Positions 51,278 to 61,427 are shown, numbered from the stretch's first letter. The stretch: DNA of 64,000 bases from Myxococcales bacterium (GCA_020633335.1 JACKDU010000002.1:442730-506729); one strand, 5' to 3'. The notes: generated from the letters alone by a model not told the origin. Numbers and translations: made by a program.

Positions 51278-52536
51278 GGAGACCTGGCCCAAGGGCAATC
51301 TTCCGCCCAGGCCAGCGCTCGGTCGGGACCAGGCGCTTGCTCGGGCTCGGGCTCGCGGCAGCGCTCGCGGTCGGGTGCGCTCCCGACGAGCCGGTGCGCG
51401 TGACCCCGTCGATCCTCTACTTCGACGCCGCCCACCCCTCACGCACCCTGACGCTCCGCAACGCCGGCGCCTCCGAGGTCGCGCTCGCGCGCGTCCGCCT
51501 CGACACCCGCACCCCCGACTGGGGCTCCTTCGTCCTCACCGACGCGGCGCTCCCCCGGAGCGTGCCCGCGGGCGGCGAGGTCGAGCTCCACCTCCGCGCC
51601 GACACCAAGCACTTCGTCAGCGAGCACGCCCACGGCGAGCCCCCCCACTACCGCCGGGGCCGCAGCCGCCTCCTCCTCCAGGCGGATGGCGCGAGGGCGA
51701 TCGAGCTCCGCTTCGAGCCCCCGCCGACCCCGGGCCTCGCCCTCCAGCTCGGTCGCCTCGGGACCCTCGCGGCCGCGCTCGCCCTCCTCGTCGCCCTCCG
51801 CCGGCGACGGCCCGCGAGCGCGCCGGTCCCCTGGGCCCTCCTCGTCGCCGTGGCGATCCTGCCCTGGGGCCCACCGCTCTGCGTCGACCAGGTCGGCGCA
51901 CGCCTCGGCCGCGCTGCCCTCGAGCAGTGCGCGCTCGGCCACGGAGGCGCGCCCCTGGTCCTCGCCCCGACCGAGCTCGGCGTCGGCCTCGGCCTCGCTC
52001 TCCTCCTCCTGGTCGACCTCGCCCGCTGGGGCGCGGCGGCCCGCGACTCGGCGCCCGCGAGCGCCCTCCGCAGCGGGGCCCGCTCGCTCCTCGCCGACCT
52101 CGCGCTCCTCCTCGCGATCGCGCCGGCCCTCGCCGGCGCCGACGTCCTCGCCGTCGACGCCCTGGCCCTCGCCCAGGAGGACGCCTGGGGGGTCATCCGC
52201 CACCCGATCGCCGCCCTCCTCGCCCTCGCCGCGGCCGCCCTCCGGGGCTCCGCTGCCTCGCGCGTCGGCGCCGACGATCTCGGGATCGCGGCCCTCCTCA
52301 CGCTCGTCTTCTTCGGCGGCTGGACCCCCCCGCCCGGGCTCCCCTTCACCGCCCTTCCCCATGGGCTGATGCTCGCGCTCGGCGTCGTCCTCACCCTGGG
52401 CAAGAGCGCCGCGATCGCCCTCGGGATCGCCGCGCTCCGCCGCCGCTTGCCAGCGACGCTGGCCGCCCGGGCGCTCGGGCCCCTCCTCACGCTGGCACTC
52501 CTCACACTCGTCGTGACCGCCCTCGTTCGCAGCTGA
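51274..52536 (+). CDS. hypothetical polytopic membrane protein with lipoprotein-like N-terminal soluble domain
   Basis: 'RRLLGLGLAAALAVGCAPDE' signal/lipobox, a ~110-aa domain, then six or more A/L-rich TM helices. Confidence 0.45.
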   Translation: MRRPGPRAIFRPGQRSVGTRRLLGLGLAAALAVGCAPDEPVRVTPSILYFDAAHPSRTLTLRNAGASEVALARVRLDTRTPDWGSFVLTDAALPRSVPAGGEVELHLRADTKHFVSEHAHGEPPHYRRGRSRLLLQADGARAIELRFEPPPTPGLALQLGRLGTLAAALALLVALRRRRPASAPVPWALLVAVAILPWGPPLCVDQVGARLGRAALEQCALGHGGAPLVLAPTELGVGLGLALLLLVDLARWGAAARDSAPASALRSGARSLLADLALLLAIAPALAGADVLAVDALALAQEDAWGVIRHPIAALLALAAAALRGSAASRVGADDLGIAALLTLVFFGGWTPPPGLPFTALPHGLMLALGVVLTLGKSAAIALGIAALRRRLPATLAARALGPLLTLALLTLVVTALVRS

Positions 52537-52583
52537 TCACGCCCACCGGCGCGCCGTATTCTCACGGCTCCGTGGGCACCTTT

Positions 52584-52630
52584 GGCGGCCGCTCGCGTCC
52601 GCCGCGCGCGCCGCCGCCGTAGCTTTTTTT
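52584..52630 (+). terminator. putative rho-independent terminator (GC-rich imperfect hairpin + T7)
   Basis: 'ggcggccgctcgcgtccgccgcgcgcgccgccgccgtagcttttttt'. The T-run is at 52624-52630. Confidence 0.4.
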
Positions 52631-52784
52631 CCAGGCGGGTGATACGTTGCGCCGGCGAGCCTCAGTAGGCCCTCTGGCGAACACGGATGGTGAAGCAGAC
52701 GGTCAACGACAGCCGACGAGAGCCAGCCGGACCCACCGGTCGCGCCGGGGACTGTGCTCTCGCCGACATGCGAGGGATCACTTG

Positions 52785-53552
52785 ATGCCGACGACGATCG
52801 CCCAAATTGGGGGCTTCGAGCTCTGGGACATCCTGCAGCTCGCGCAGACCTCGCGCATGTCGGTCAAGCTCTCGGTCGAGTCGCCGCATGGCAGCGGAGC
52901 GATGTTCTTCGAGGGCGGCAACCTCCGCCACGCGATCGCCGGCGACAACGTCGGCGACGAGGCGGTCGACAAGATGCTCGAGTGGCGCGAGGGCTCGGTC
53001 TCCTCGTCGCAGCTCCCGAACGAGACCCCACAGACCGTCACCAAGTCGTCGATCACCGCGCTCCTGATGGACCGCGCGCGGGTCCGCGACGAGGAGGAGC
53101 GGCAGAACCCGCGGGCGGCCGCGCAGCCCGAGCCCGAGGTCCTGCCGGATGAGCCGATCCCCGAGCTCAACATCGACATCGAGACCGTCCGCGGGCTCCT
53201 CCACGAGGTCGACGAGCAGCTCGGCGGCGCCTTGATCGGCAGCGCGGTGATCTCCAAGGCGACCGGCATGTCGATCGCCGGGATCAACTCGCCGACCCGC
53301 TCCTCCGCGCTCTTCAATCACCTCTCCGAGCAGCTCCACAACGCGCTCGCGCGGGCTGAGGACGCGCCGGCCAAGGGCGTCCGTCAGTTCGTGATCGAGG
53401 GCGACAACGGGATCTTCATCTTCGTGATCGAGATCGACGATCGCCACCGCTGGGCGATGACGCTCGACGGGGCCCGGACCCAGCTCGGCCTGGTCTTCTC
53501 GTTCATCATCCCCGACATCCTCCCGCGCCTGACCAGCGCGCTCGGGGGATAG
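52785..53552 (+). CDS. DUF4388-domain protein with C-terminal roadblock/LC7 (MglB-like) domain
   Basis: ATG 52785 after 'cgagggatcactTG'. N-domain 'LWDILQLAQTSRMSVKLSVESPHGSGAMFFEGGNLRHAIAGDNVGDEAVDKMLEW' is DUF4388-like. The C-domain resembles roadblock. Confidence 0.6.
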   Translation: MPTTIAQIGGFELWDILQLAQTSRMSVKLSVESPHGSGAMFFEGGNLRHAIAGDNVGDEAVDKMLEWREGSVSSSQLPNETPQTVTKSSITALLMDRARVRDEEERQNPRAAAQPEPEVLPDEPIPELNIDIETVRGLLHEVDEQLGGALIGSAVISKATGMSIAGINSPTRSSALFNHLSEQLHNALARAEDAPAKGVRQFVIEGDNGIFIFVIEIDDRHRWAMTLDGARTQLGLVFSFIIPDILPRLTSALGG

Positions 53553-53661
53553 CCGACGCGCCTTCGCCAGAGACGGGCGCGGGGCGGTGCCTCCCCGGGC
53601 ACCGGCCGAGCAGCGATGAGGGCTGTCGCCGCGCCCAAGCCCTGCTACAAGAGGCGCCGCG

Positions 53662-54261
53662 ATGGTCTACATCTCGAAGGTCTACACCAAGTTCGGCGAC
53701 GACGGCCGGACGATGCTCGCCAACGGCGAGACCACCGACAAGGACTCCGCCCGGGTCATCGCCTACGGCGCGGTCGATGAGCTCAACGCGATCGTCGGCG
53801 GGGTCCGCCTCGAGATCGCGCGGGAGCCCGCCCGGGCCGACCACGCGAGCTTCTGCGATCACCTCGACGCCATCCTCGAGCGGATCCAGCAGGAGCTCTT
53901 CGATCTCGGCGCCGAGCTCGCGCACCCCGGCGCGGCCGCCGGCGAGAGCAAGCTCAAGATCGAGGACCAGATGATCCTCCGCCTCGAGACCGAGCTCGAC
54001 GCGCTCAACGATCGACTCCTCCCGCTGCGCTCGTTCGTGCTCCCCGGCGGTGGGCCGATCGCCGTCGCCGCTCACCTCGCGCGGACCGTCTGCCGCCGGG
54101 CCGAGCGCGAGGCGGTGTCGCTCCGCCGGCTCGAACCCGTCCGCGGCGAGGCGATCCGCTACCTCAACCGCCTCAGCGACTTCTTCTTCGTCCTCGCGCG
54201 GGCGGCCGCCGCCGAATTCCACCGCCCCGAGGTCCTCTGGGACTCCCGCCGCCAGCGCTGA
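53662..54261 (+). CDS. pduO: ATP:cob(I)alamin adenosyltransferase, PduO type
   Basis: 'YTKFGDDGRTMLANGETTDKDSARVIAYGAVDELNAIVG' is the PduO-type ATR N-terminal signature. Confidence 0.85.
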   Translation: MVYISKVYTKFGDDGRTMLANGETTDKDSARVIAYGAVDELNAIVGGVRLEIAREPARADHASFCDHLDAILERIQQELFDLGAELAHPGAAAGESKLKIEDQMILRLETELDALNDRLLPLRSFVLPGGGPIAVAAHLARTVCRRAEREAVSLRRLEPVRGEAIRYLNRLSDFFFVLARAAAAEFHRPEVLWDSRRQR

Positions 54262-54271
54262 CGAGCCGACG

Positions 54272-54490
54272 ATGACCGCCAAGCTCCGCAAATTCCGCTA
54301 CGAGTTCCCGCCGACCGAGGCCCGCTTCATCGCCGCGCCGACGGCCGATGCGGCCGTCCTCTACATCCGCCGGGCCTACCCCCACAACACCCGCGACGTC
54401 CTCGCAACCCTCCGCGAGATTCCCCGCTGGCCGGAATTCTGGAAGACGCTCGATCATCAGGGGATGGTCCTGCCACCGAGCGACGACTAG
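54272..54490 (+). CDS. small hypothetical protein (72 aa)
   Basis: ATG is 11 bp after the pduO stop. No motif. Confidence 0.3.
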   Translation: MTAKLRKFRYEFPPTEARFIAAPTADAAVLYIRRAYPHNTRDVLATLREIPRWPEFWKTLDHQGMVLPPSDD

Positions 54491-54747
54491 CGCCTGGCGC
54501 CGCGAGCTTCGCCCGCGCTTCGCCGACATCGAAGTAGCTCGGTCGCGCCAGAGCCGTCGCAGACCTGTGAACTCGCCTTCACAGGGGCCGATGCGAAATC
54601 GGGTGCACGCCTGGAATTGGCTTTCGCACGCGTTTTCGGGGGCCTCTGGGCTTGAGCTAGGCCGACGCCCTGCGCTACAGAGCATCCCGCGGCGGCTGGC
54701 CGCCGCCCGCCACTCTTTCCTCCTCTGCCAGCGCGATTCGACGGCCT

Positions 54748-55425
54748 ATGACCACCGCCAAGAGAGCAGCATTCTTCCGCGCCGAGGGCGTCCTCCTGAG
54801 CCGCGGCGTGCTCGCTGCGACCGCCTACTACGCGGCCAACGCCCAGAAGTTCAGCGAGCGAGCCCTGCGACTCGGGGTCGTCGCCCTCTCGGCGCCCCTC
54901 CAGGGCCTCCTCGGGCAGAACGATCGCACCCTCGCCAACCGCCTCGCCTTCCTCGCCGCCCGCGGGATGAGCGAGGACCGGCTCGCCGAGCTCGGGGAGG
55001 AGTACGCCGAGGACATGCTGAAGGACAAGATCCTCGACCAGGGGGTCGAGCTGATCAAGCGCGCCCGCGCCGAGGGCCACCGGATCGTCGTCCTCAGCGA
55101 CAACATCGCCCAGATCATGGAGCCGCTCCTGCAGCACCTCCCGAAGATCGACGACCTCGTGTGCAACCACCTCGAGATCACCGACGGCGAGGCGACCGGC
55201 AAGCTCCTCGATCCGGTGATCGGCAGCCACGGCGACGGCAAGTGGGTGCAGGGCTACGCCGAGCGCCACGGCCTCGATCTCCGGGCCTGCGCGGCCTACG
55301 GCGCCCACGGGACCGACCTCCTCCTCCTCGCAGGAGTCGGTCGTCCCTGCGCCGTCAACCCGGACTTTACGCTCCGCCGCTCCGCCCGTGAGGCAGAGTG
55401 GCCGGTGATCGACTACCAGGAGTGA
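54748..55425 (+). CDS. HAD-IB family hydrolase-like protein (motif I apparently degenerate)
   Basis: 'AAFFRAEGVLLS' sits where HAD-IB has 'AFFDFDGTL'. 'IVVLSDNIAQIMEP' and 'KWVQGYAERHGLDL...AYGAHGTDLLLL' resemble HAD motifs II-IV. Confidence 0.6.
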   Translation: MTTAKRAAFFRAEGVLLSRGVLAATAYYAANAQKFSERALRLGVVALSAPLQGLLGQNDRTLANRLAFLAARGMSEDRLAELGEEYAEDMLKDKILDQGVELIKRARAEGHRIVVLSDNIAQIMEPLLQHLPKIDDLVCNHLEITDGEATGKLLDPVIGSHGDGKWVQGYAERHGLDLRACAAYGAHGTDLLLLAGVGRPCAVNPDFTLRRSAREAEWPVIDYQE

Positions 55426-55457
55426 GCGCCCCGGCGCGAGGAGGAGGAGGAGGAAGC

Positions 55458-57161
55458 ATGCGACGCCTATCGATCCACGAGAGCTACGCCGGCAAACACG
55501 TCCTGCTGACGGGGGCCTCGGGCTTCCTCGGCAAGGTCTGGCTGACGATGGCGCTCGAGGGGCTCCCGGAGATCGCCAAGATCTACGTGCTCCTCCGCAA
55601 GAAGGCGCTGCGACCGGCGCGTGACCGCTTCGAGCGGATCGTCGCGACCTCGCCGGCCTTCAAGCCGCTCCACGAGCGCTACGGCCGCGACCTCGCCCGC
55701 TTCATCAACGAGCGGATCGAGGTCGTCGACGGCGACATCTCGTCGCCCGGCCTCGGCCTCGACCCCGAGGTCGCCGCCCGCCTCCACCGCGACGTCGACC
55801 TCGTGATCAACTGCGCGGGCCTCGTCGACTTCGACCCCGATCTCCGCGACGCGCTGACGACCAACGTCGACGGCACCCTCCACGTCGCCTCGTTCATGGA
55901 GCGCTGTCAGAAGGCCGCGCTCCTCCACATCTCGACCTGCTACGTCGCCGGCACCCGCAACGGGGTGATCGACGAGACCCTGATCGCCGACTACGCGCCG
56001 AACGGCGAGCCCTTCGACGCGGCCGCCGAGCTCGCGGCCGCCCGCGCGCGGATCGACGAGATCATCGCCGAGCACGACGGCCCGGCGAAGGAGGCCGAGA
56101 TCCACCTCGACGCGCTCAAGCACATCCGCGAGCGCCGCCTCGACCCCGACAACCCGACCCTGGTCCGCAACATCTCCCGCCGGATCAAGCGCCAGTCGAT
56201 CAAGGACGCGATGATCGAGGAGGGCCAGTCGCGGGCCCAACGCTGGGGCTGGACCAACATCTACACCTACTCCAAGAGCCTCGCGGAGTCGGTGCTGGTC
56301 CCCTACCAGGGCAAGTTCCGCTTCTCGCTGCTGCGGCCGGCGATCGTCGAGTCGTCGCTCGCCTACCCCTTCCCGGGGTGGAACCAGGGCTTCAACACCT
56401 CGGGGCCGCTCTCCTACATGCTCGCCGGCTGGCTCCGCGAGCTGCCGATGCGCAAGGACAACCCCTTCGACATCATCCCGGTCGACTACGTGTGCACGGG
56501 GATGACGATCGCCGGCGCCGCCCTCCTCCAGGGCTGCCACGAGACCGTCTATCAGTGCGGGACCTCCGACAAGAACCGCCTCTCGATCGACCGCGCCTGC
56601 GACCTCACCGCGCTCGCCCACCGCAAGCACCTCCGCCGCAAGGGCGACACGGTCGTCGACCGGGTGATCCTCGCGCGCTGGGACGGGGTCCGGGCCGACG
56701 ACATCGACCACACCCTCTCGGTCCCCAACCTCCGCCGCTTCACCCAGGGCGTCGCCCGGACGATGCGCGAGCTCCCGCGGCGCTGGCCGAAGGCGATCCG
56801 GCGGCGGGCCGAGAAGGTGGCCGAGCGCGCCGACAAGATCGACGAGTCCCTCGACACGATCGAGCACCTCATCGACCTCTACCTCCCCTTCATCCACGAC
56901 AACACCTTCGTCTTCCGGACGGACAACCTCCTCTCGTACGACATCGTCGAGCCCGAGCACCGCTGGGATCCGAAGGATCTCGACTGGCGCCACTACTGGA
57001 TCAACGTCCACATCCCCGGGCTCCGGAAGTGGTGCTACCCGCTCTTTGAGGGCAAGACCCCGGAGTCCTACAAGCCGCGCTACAAGTTCTCGCTGAGCGA
57101 GGGCGCGGAGACCAAGAGCGCCCCGGCGAGCGACGCTGAGGCCCAAGGAGAGGTCGGCTAG
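55458..57161 (+). CDS. fatty acyl-CoA/ACP reductase (male-sterility NAD_binding_4 domain + C-terminal FAR_C-like domain)
   Basis: Strong RBS 'aggaggaggaggaagc' before ATG 55458. 'VLLTGASGFLGKVWL' and 'YTYSKSLAE' are the Rossmann motif and the YxxxK of the FAR family. Confidence 0.8.
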   Translation: MRRLSIHESYAGKHVLLTGASGFLGKVWLTMALEGLPEIAKIYVLLRKKALRPARDRFERIVATSPAFKPLHERYGRDLARFINERIEVVDGDISSPGLGLDPEVAARLHRDVDLVINCAGLVDFDPDLRDALTTNVDGTLHVASFMERCQKAALLHISTCYVAGTRNGVIDETLIADYAPNGEPFDAAAELAAARARIDEIIAEHDGPAKEAEIHLDALKHIRERRLDPDNPTLVRNISRRIKRQSIKDAMIEEGQSRAQRWGWTNIYTYSKSLAESVLVPYQGKFRFSLLRPAIVESSLAYPFPGWNQGFNTSGPLSYMLAGWLRELPMRKDNPFDIIPVDYVCTGMTIAGAALLQGCHETVYQCGTSDKNRLSIDRACDLTALAHRKHLRRKGDTVVDRVILARWDGVRADDIDHTLSVPNLRRFTQGVARTMRELPRRWPKAIRRRAEKVAERADKIDESLDTIEHLIDLYLPFIHDNTFVFRTDNLLSYDIVEPEHRWDPKDLDWRHYWINVHIPGLRKWCYPLFEGKTPESYKPRYKFSLSEGAETKSAPASDAEAQGEVG

Positions 57162-58307
57162 ATGGCAATCTTCCTCACCGGCGCGACCGGCTACATCGGC
57201 TCCTACGTCGCCTCGGGCATCCTCGAGCACTACCCCGACGCCCGCCTCGCCCTCCTGGTCCGGGCGAAGACGCCGGCCGACGCCGAGAAGCGCCTCTGGC
57301 ACTCGATGCAGCTCCACCTCGACTTCGAGCGCTTCATCGACCTCGTCCGCTCGCGCTGCGACATCTACCTCGGCGACCTCACCGAGCCCGAGCTCGGCCT
57401 CGATCACGAGGCCCGCGAGCGCCTGATCCACAGCGCCGACTCCTTCCTCCACATCGCCGCCTCGCTCAACCGGAAGTCGTCGAAGGCCTGCTTCAACGTC
57501 AACCTCCGCGGCACCCTCTCGGTGATCAAGCTCGCCCAGGCGGCCCACGCCCACCACGGGCTCCGCCGCTTCACCGACATCTCGACCGTCGCGGTCGCCG
57601 GCGAGCGCAAGGACGCGGTCGTCACCGAGGACGCGACCATCGACTGGGATCGCTCGGACTACGACCCCTACGCCCGGACCAAGAAGTTCTGCGAGCACAT
57701 GATCCACGAGCTCCTGCCGGACGTGGACGTCAAGGTGTGCCGGCCGAGCATCGTCCTCGGCGACTCGCGCTTCCCGGAGACCACCCAGTTCGACATGGTG
57801 CGGGCCTTCGTGATGCTCGCCAAGATGCCGGTGCTCCCCTTCGATCCCGCCTGGCGGGTCGACATCGTCCCCGCCGACTACGTCTCCAGGGGGATCATCG
57901 CGGCCCACATGCGCGAGCGGCCGAAGTACGACGCCTACAACCTCTCGAGCGGCGCCCTCTCGCTCACCTACCGCGAGATCGTCGACCACATGGAGCGCCA
58001 GGGCCTCGGCGTCCGCCACGTCTTCGCGCCGCGCCTCGAGGGGACCTTCTCGGGGGCGGTCAACGCCCTGATGAGCACCCCGCGCAAGTGGGGGGTCTCG
58101 CTGCCGGCCTCGCTGATGAAGGTCTTCCTCCCCTACCTGACCTTCAACACCGTCTTCGACAACTCCCGGGTGATCGACGAGCTCGGCGAGGCGCCGCGGC
58201 CCTTCACCGACTACGCCCTCCCGCTCTTCCGCTTCGCCAGCGAGGGCGGCTTCTCCTACCCCTACAAGCCCTGGCCCGGCGCGGTCTCGCCGCGCAAGGT
58301 CGCCTGA
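57162..58307 (+). CDS. thioester-reductase/NAD_binding_4 family reductase
   Basis: Starts 1 bp after the FAR stop. '[14 protein letters not shown]' and 'YARTKKFCE' (YxxxK) are characteristic of the family. Confidence 0.75.
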   Translation: MAIFLTGATGYIGSYVASGILEHYPDARLALLVRAKTPADAEKRLWHSMQLHLDFERFIDLVRSRCDIYLGDLTEPELGLDHEARERLIHSADSFLHIAASLNRKSSKACFNVNLRGTLSVIKLAQAAHAHHGLRRFTDISTVAVAGERKDAVVTEDATIDWDRSDYDPYARTKKFCEHMIHELLPDVDVKVCRPSIVLGDSRFPETTQFDMVRAFVMLAKMPVLPFDPAWRVDIVPADYVSRGIIAAHMRERPKYDAYNLSSGALSLTYREIVDHMERQGLGVRHVFAPRLEGTFSGAVNALMSTPRKWGVSLPASLMKVFLPYLTFNTVFDNSRVIDELGEAPRPFTDYALPLFRFASEGGFSYPYKPWPGAVSPRKVA

Positions 58308-58320
58308 GGCGGAGCCCGCG

Positions 58321-59796
58321 ATGACCAAGGCCCCGGCCAAGAAGAAGAGCCTCTGGGATCGGCTCAAGGACACCGTCGATCCTGACCGCGCGCTGATGGC
58401 GGTGACCGGGTCGTTCATCGAGGCGGTCGCGGTCAAGCGCGCCCTCGACGTCGACCAGGAGCGCTGGGCGCCCGGCAAGCCGCTCAAGCTCCTCTACGCC
58501 GGCTACGTCGGCACCCGCAACACCGGCGCCGACGTCCGGGTCGAGGAGATGATCCGGCAGATCCGCCACGTCGTCGGCGACGAGCACCTCGAGCAGACGA
58601 TCATGACCGTCGATCCCGAGCTCAGCGCCGGGTACTTCAAGACGGTCCACCAGATCCAGATGCCGGCGGTCTTCCCCCGCTTCCTCTTTGAGGAGGTGCC
58701 GAAGCGCCACGGCGTCATCGCCTGCGAAGGCTCGATGTTCAAGTCGAAGTTCGCGAGCGCGCTGACCACCTTCATGGCCGGCGCCCTCGGCTTCGCCAAC
58801 GCCGAGGACAAGCTCAGCGTCGGCTACGGCGCCGAGGCCGGGGCGATGATCCCGGCGCTCCAGGACTTCGTCCGCAAGCACTGCTCGAAGTCGCTGGTGA
58901 TCTGCCGCAACGTGCCCTCCCGCGGGGTCCTCGGCGATCTCGGGGTCCGCACGAGCGCGGGCACGGACACCGCCTGGACCTTCGACCCCGCGCCGCTCAG
59001 CCGCGGCGCCCACCTCCTCCGCCAGGCCGGCTGGGACGGCAAGAAGAAGGTCCTCGCGCTCTGCCCGATCAACCCCTTCTGGTGGCCGGTCAAGCCCGAC
59101 CTCGCCAAGCTCGCGGCCCTCAAGTTCGGCGGCCAGTACAAGCTCGAGCACTACAAGTCGTTCTACTTCCACGCGAACTCGGAGAAGATCGACCGCAAGC
59201 TCGAGACCTACATCCAGGCCTTCGCCGACGCGACCAACGCGTTCATGGAGGAGCGGAGCGACGTCTTCCCGATCCTCGTCGGCATGGAGCAGCTCGACCG
59301 CCGCTCCTGCGAGATGGTCGCGCCCCTCCTCGACCACGGCGCGCCCCTCTTCATCTCCGACGAGCACAACATGTACGACATGGTCTCGGTGCTCCGGAAT
59401 TGCGCGATGATGGTCTCGTCGCGCTTCCACGCGATCGTCACCTCGATGCCCGGCCTCGTCGCCTCGGGCGGGGTGACGATGGACGAGCGGATCCGCAACC
59501 TGATGAACGACCGCGGCCACCCCGACCTCTTCCTCGAGGTCGACGAGGAGGACCTCGGCGACAAGATCCTGGCGATGCTCCGCCGCCTCTACGACGAGCG
59601 CGAGGGGCTGGCCGCCGACATCGGCCGGGTGATCCCGCAGCAGCTCGCGCTCATGGGGCAGATGGGGATCGACTTCATGGACGAGCTCTGCCGGGTCTAC
59701 CCCGAGTTCCCCCGCCGCGACCTCCCACGGACCTGGGAGGCCCACCTGCCGCCGCTGCCCCCTGCGGTCCAGCAGCTCATGGAGCGCTACGGATGA
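58321..59796 (+). CDS. polysaccharide pyruvyl transferase family protein (CsaB/WcaK-like fold)
   Basis: 'KLLYAGYVGTRNTGADVRVEEMIRQI' resembles the PS_pyruv_trans N-terminal 'GYyGxxNxGDeai' block, and 'MVSSRFHAIV' the conserved RxH block. Confidence 0.55.
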   Translation: MTKAPAKKKSLWDRLKDTVDPDRALMAVTGSFIEAVAVKRALDVDQERWAPGKPLKLLYAGYVGTRNTGADVRVEEMIRQIRHVVGDEHLEQTIMTVDPELSAGYFKTVHQIQMPAVFPRFLFEEVPKRHGVIACEGSMFKSKFASALTTFMAGALGFANAEDKLSVGYGAEAGAMIPALQDFVRKHCSKSLVICRNVPSRGVLGDLGVRTSAGTDTAWTFDPAPLSRGAHLLRQAGWDGKKKVLALCPINPFWWPVKPDLAKLAALKFGGQYKLEHYKSFYFHANSEKIDRKLETYIQAFADATNAFMEERSDVFPILVGMEQLDRRSCEMVAPLLDHGAPLFISDEHNMYDMVSVLRNCAMMVSSRFHAIVTSMPGLVASGGVTMDERIRNLMNDRGHPDLFLEVDEEDLGDKILAMLRRLYDEREGLAADIGRVIPQQLALMGQMGIDFMDELCRVYPEFPRRDLPRTWEAHLPPLPPAVQQLMERYG

Positions 59797-61427
59797 GCTT
59801 CATCGACACCATCTTCGAGTCCCTGCGGGCCGCCGGCGATCGGCCGGCGCTGGTCGAGATCCACGGCAAGGAGCGCAAGACCGCGGCCGCCAGCGAGCTC
59901 CTCGGGCTCGCCGCCCACGTCCGCGGCTTCCTCAAGGCCGCCGGGGTGAAGCCCGGCGACCGGGTCGCGCTCTTCGCCCCCAACTCGATCCGCTGGGTCG
60001 CCTGCGACCTCGGGATCCTCGCGGAGGGCGGGATCGTCGTCCCCCTCTACGCCCGCCAGGATCCCAAGGAGCTCGCGGTGATGACCCGCGACTGCGCGCC
60101 GGTGCTCCTCATCGCCGCGACCCAGGAGCTCGCCGACGCGATCGCCGAGGCCTGGCCGGAGCACGGCCAGATCGCGCTCTTCGACGAGGTCTTCGCCGCC
60201 GAGCCCCTCGCCGCCCCGCTCCACGATCGCGGCGCCGACGATCCGGTCACGCTGATCTACACCTCGGGGACCAGCGGCGAGCCCAAGGGCGTGATCACCA
60301 CCCGGGCCAACGTCGACTACATGATCCCGCAGACGGCCGCGAGCCTCGGCGAGATCACCGGCTCGCGCGGCGCCCCGGACAAGGTCTTCCACTACCTCCC
60401 CTTCTGCTTCGCCGGGTCGCGGATCATGCTCTGGACCCAGCTCCACCGCGGGAACCCGCTGATGATGTCCAGCGACCTGACCAACCTGGTCCAGGAGATG
60501 GGCACCGCGGATCCCCACTACTACCTCAACGTCCCGGCGCTCCTCGAGCGGGTCAAGACCGGGGTCTACAACAAGCTCCGCGAGCGCGGCGGCTTCGTCT
60601 TCACGATCTACGCCAAGGGGGTCGCCGGCGCGCGGGCGATCATCGACGGCAAGGCCGGCCTCGGCGATCGCCTCTTCGCCGCCCTCGCCGGCAAGCTGGT
60701 CTTCCCCAAGATCAAGGCGCAGATCGGCCCCAGCCTCGAGTTCCTGATCTGCGGCTCGGCGCCGCTCTCCGAGGACACTCAGCGCTGGTTCGAGATCATC
60801 GGCGTCCCGGTCTACCAGGTCTACGGCCTCACCGAGACCACGGCGATCGTGACGATGGACAAGCCCGGCCAGGCCGTCCCCGGCCGGGTCGGCCACGCGC
60901 TCCCTGGCCTTGAGCTCAGGCTCTCTGACGAGGGCGAGCTCCTGATCCGCGGGCCCAACATCTTCGCCGGCTACTGGAACAAGGCCGAGGCGACCGCCGA
61001 GACCCTCCAGAGCGGGTGGATGCACACCGGCGATCAGGCCGAGGTCGACGCCCAGGGCAACTACAAGATCATCGGACGGGTGAAGAACATCCTGGTCCCC
61101 GAGTCGGGCCACAACATCGCCCCCGAGCCGATCGAGCAGAAGCTCCTGGAGCACCTCCCCGGCGCCGAGCAGGCGGTGCTGATCGGCCACGCCCGCCCCT
61201 ACCTGACGGCGATCGTCACCGGCAAGGTCGACGCCGCGGCGATCCAGGCGGCGATCGACAGGGTCAACGCCGAGGTCCCGCACTACCGCAAGATCCGCAA
61301 GTACCTCCACGTCCCCGAGCCGCTGACGATCGAGAGCGGCCTCCTCACCGCCAACCAGAAGCTCCGGCGGCGGGTGATCGAGAAGCACTTCCTCGCCGAG
61401 CTCGATCGGCTCTACGCCTCGTCATGA
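59793..61427 (+). CDS. long-chain fatty acid-CoA/AMP ligase (AMP-dependent synthetase)
   Basis: ATG overlaps the upstream stop (ATGA). 'LIYTSGTSGEPKGV' is the AMP-binding P-loop. Motifs 'YGLTETT' and 'GWMHTGD' are also present. Confidence 0.85.
   Translation: MSFIDTIFESLRAAGDRPALVEIHGKERKTAAASELLGLAAHVRGFLKAAGVKPGDRVALFAPNSIRWVACDLGILAEGGIVVPLYARQDPKELAVMTRDCAPVLLIAATQELADAIAEAWPEHGQIALFDEVFAAEPLAAPLHDRGADDPVTLIYTSGTSGEPKGVITTRANVDYMIPQTAASLGEITGSRGAPDKVFHYLPFCFAGSRIMLWTQLHRGNPLMMSSDLTNLVQEMGTADPHYYLNVPALLERVKTGVYNKLRERGGFVFTIYAKGVAGARAIIDGKAGLGDRLFAALAGKLVFPKIKAQIGPSLEFLICGSAPLSEDTQRWFEIIGVPVYQVYGLTETTAIVTMDKPGQAVPGRVGHALPGLELRLSDEGELLIRGPNIFAGYWNKAEATAETLQSGWMHTGDQAEVDAQGNYKIIGRVKNILVPESGHNIAPEPIEQKLLEHLPGAEQAVLIGHARPYLTAIVTGKVDAAAIQAAIDRVNAEVPHYRKIRKYLHVPEPLTIESGLLTANQKLRRRVIEKHFLAELDRLYASS

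Noticed and set aside
54491-54747. Possible sigma-54 promoter (tggaattggctttcgca) and hairpin CCTGTGAA-ctcgcc-TTCACAGG upstream of the HAD gene
   Set aside because: GG/GC spacing does not fit the -24/-12 consensus. The hairpin is short. I kept it only as a note.
55467-58487. 1006-aa minus-strand ORF across the two reductase genes
   Set aside because: Antisense shadow. The plus-strand genes carry Rossmann/YxxxK motifs and are translationally coupled.
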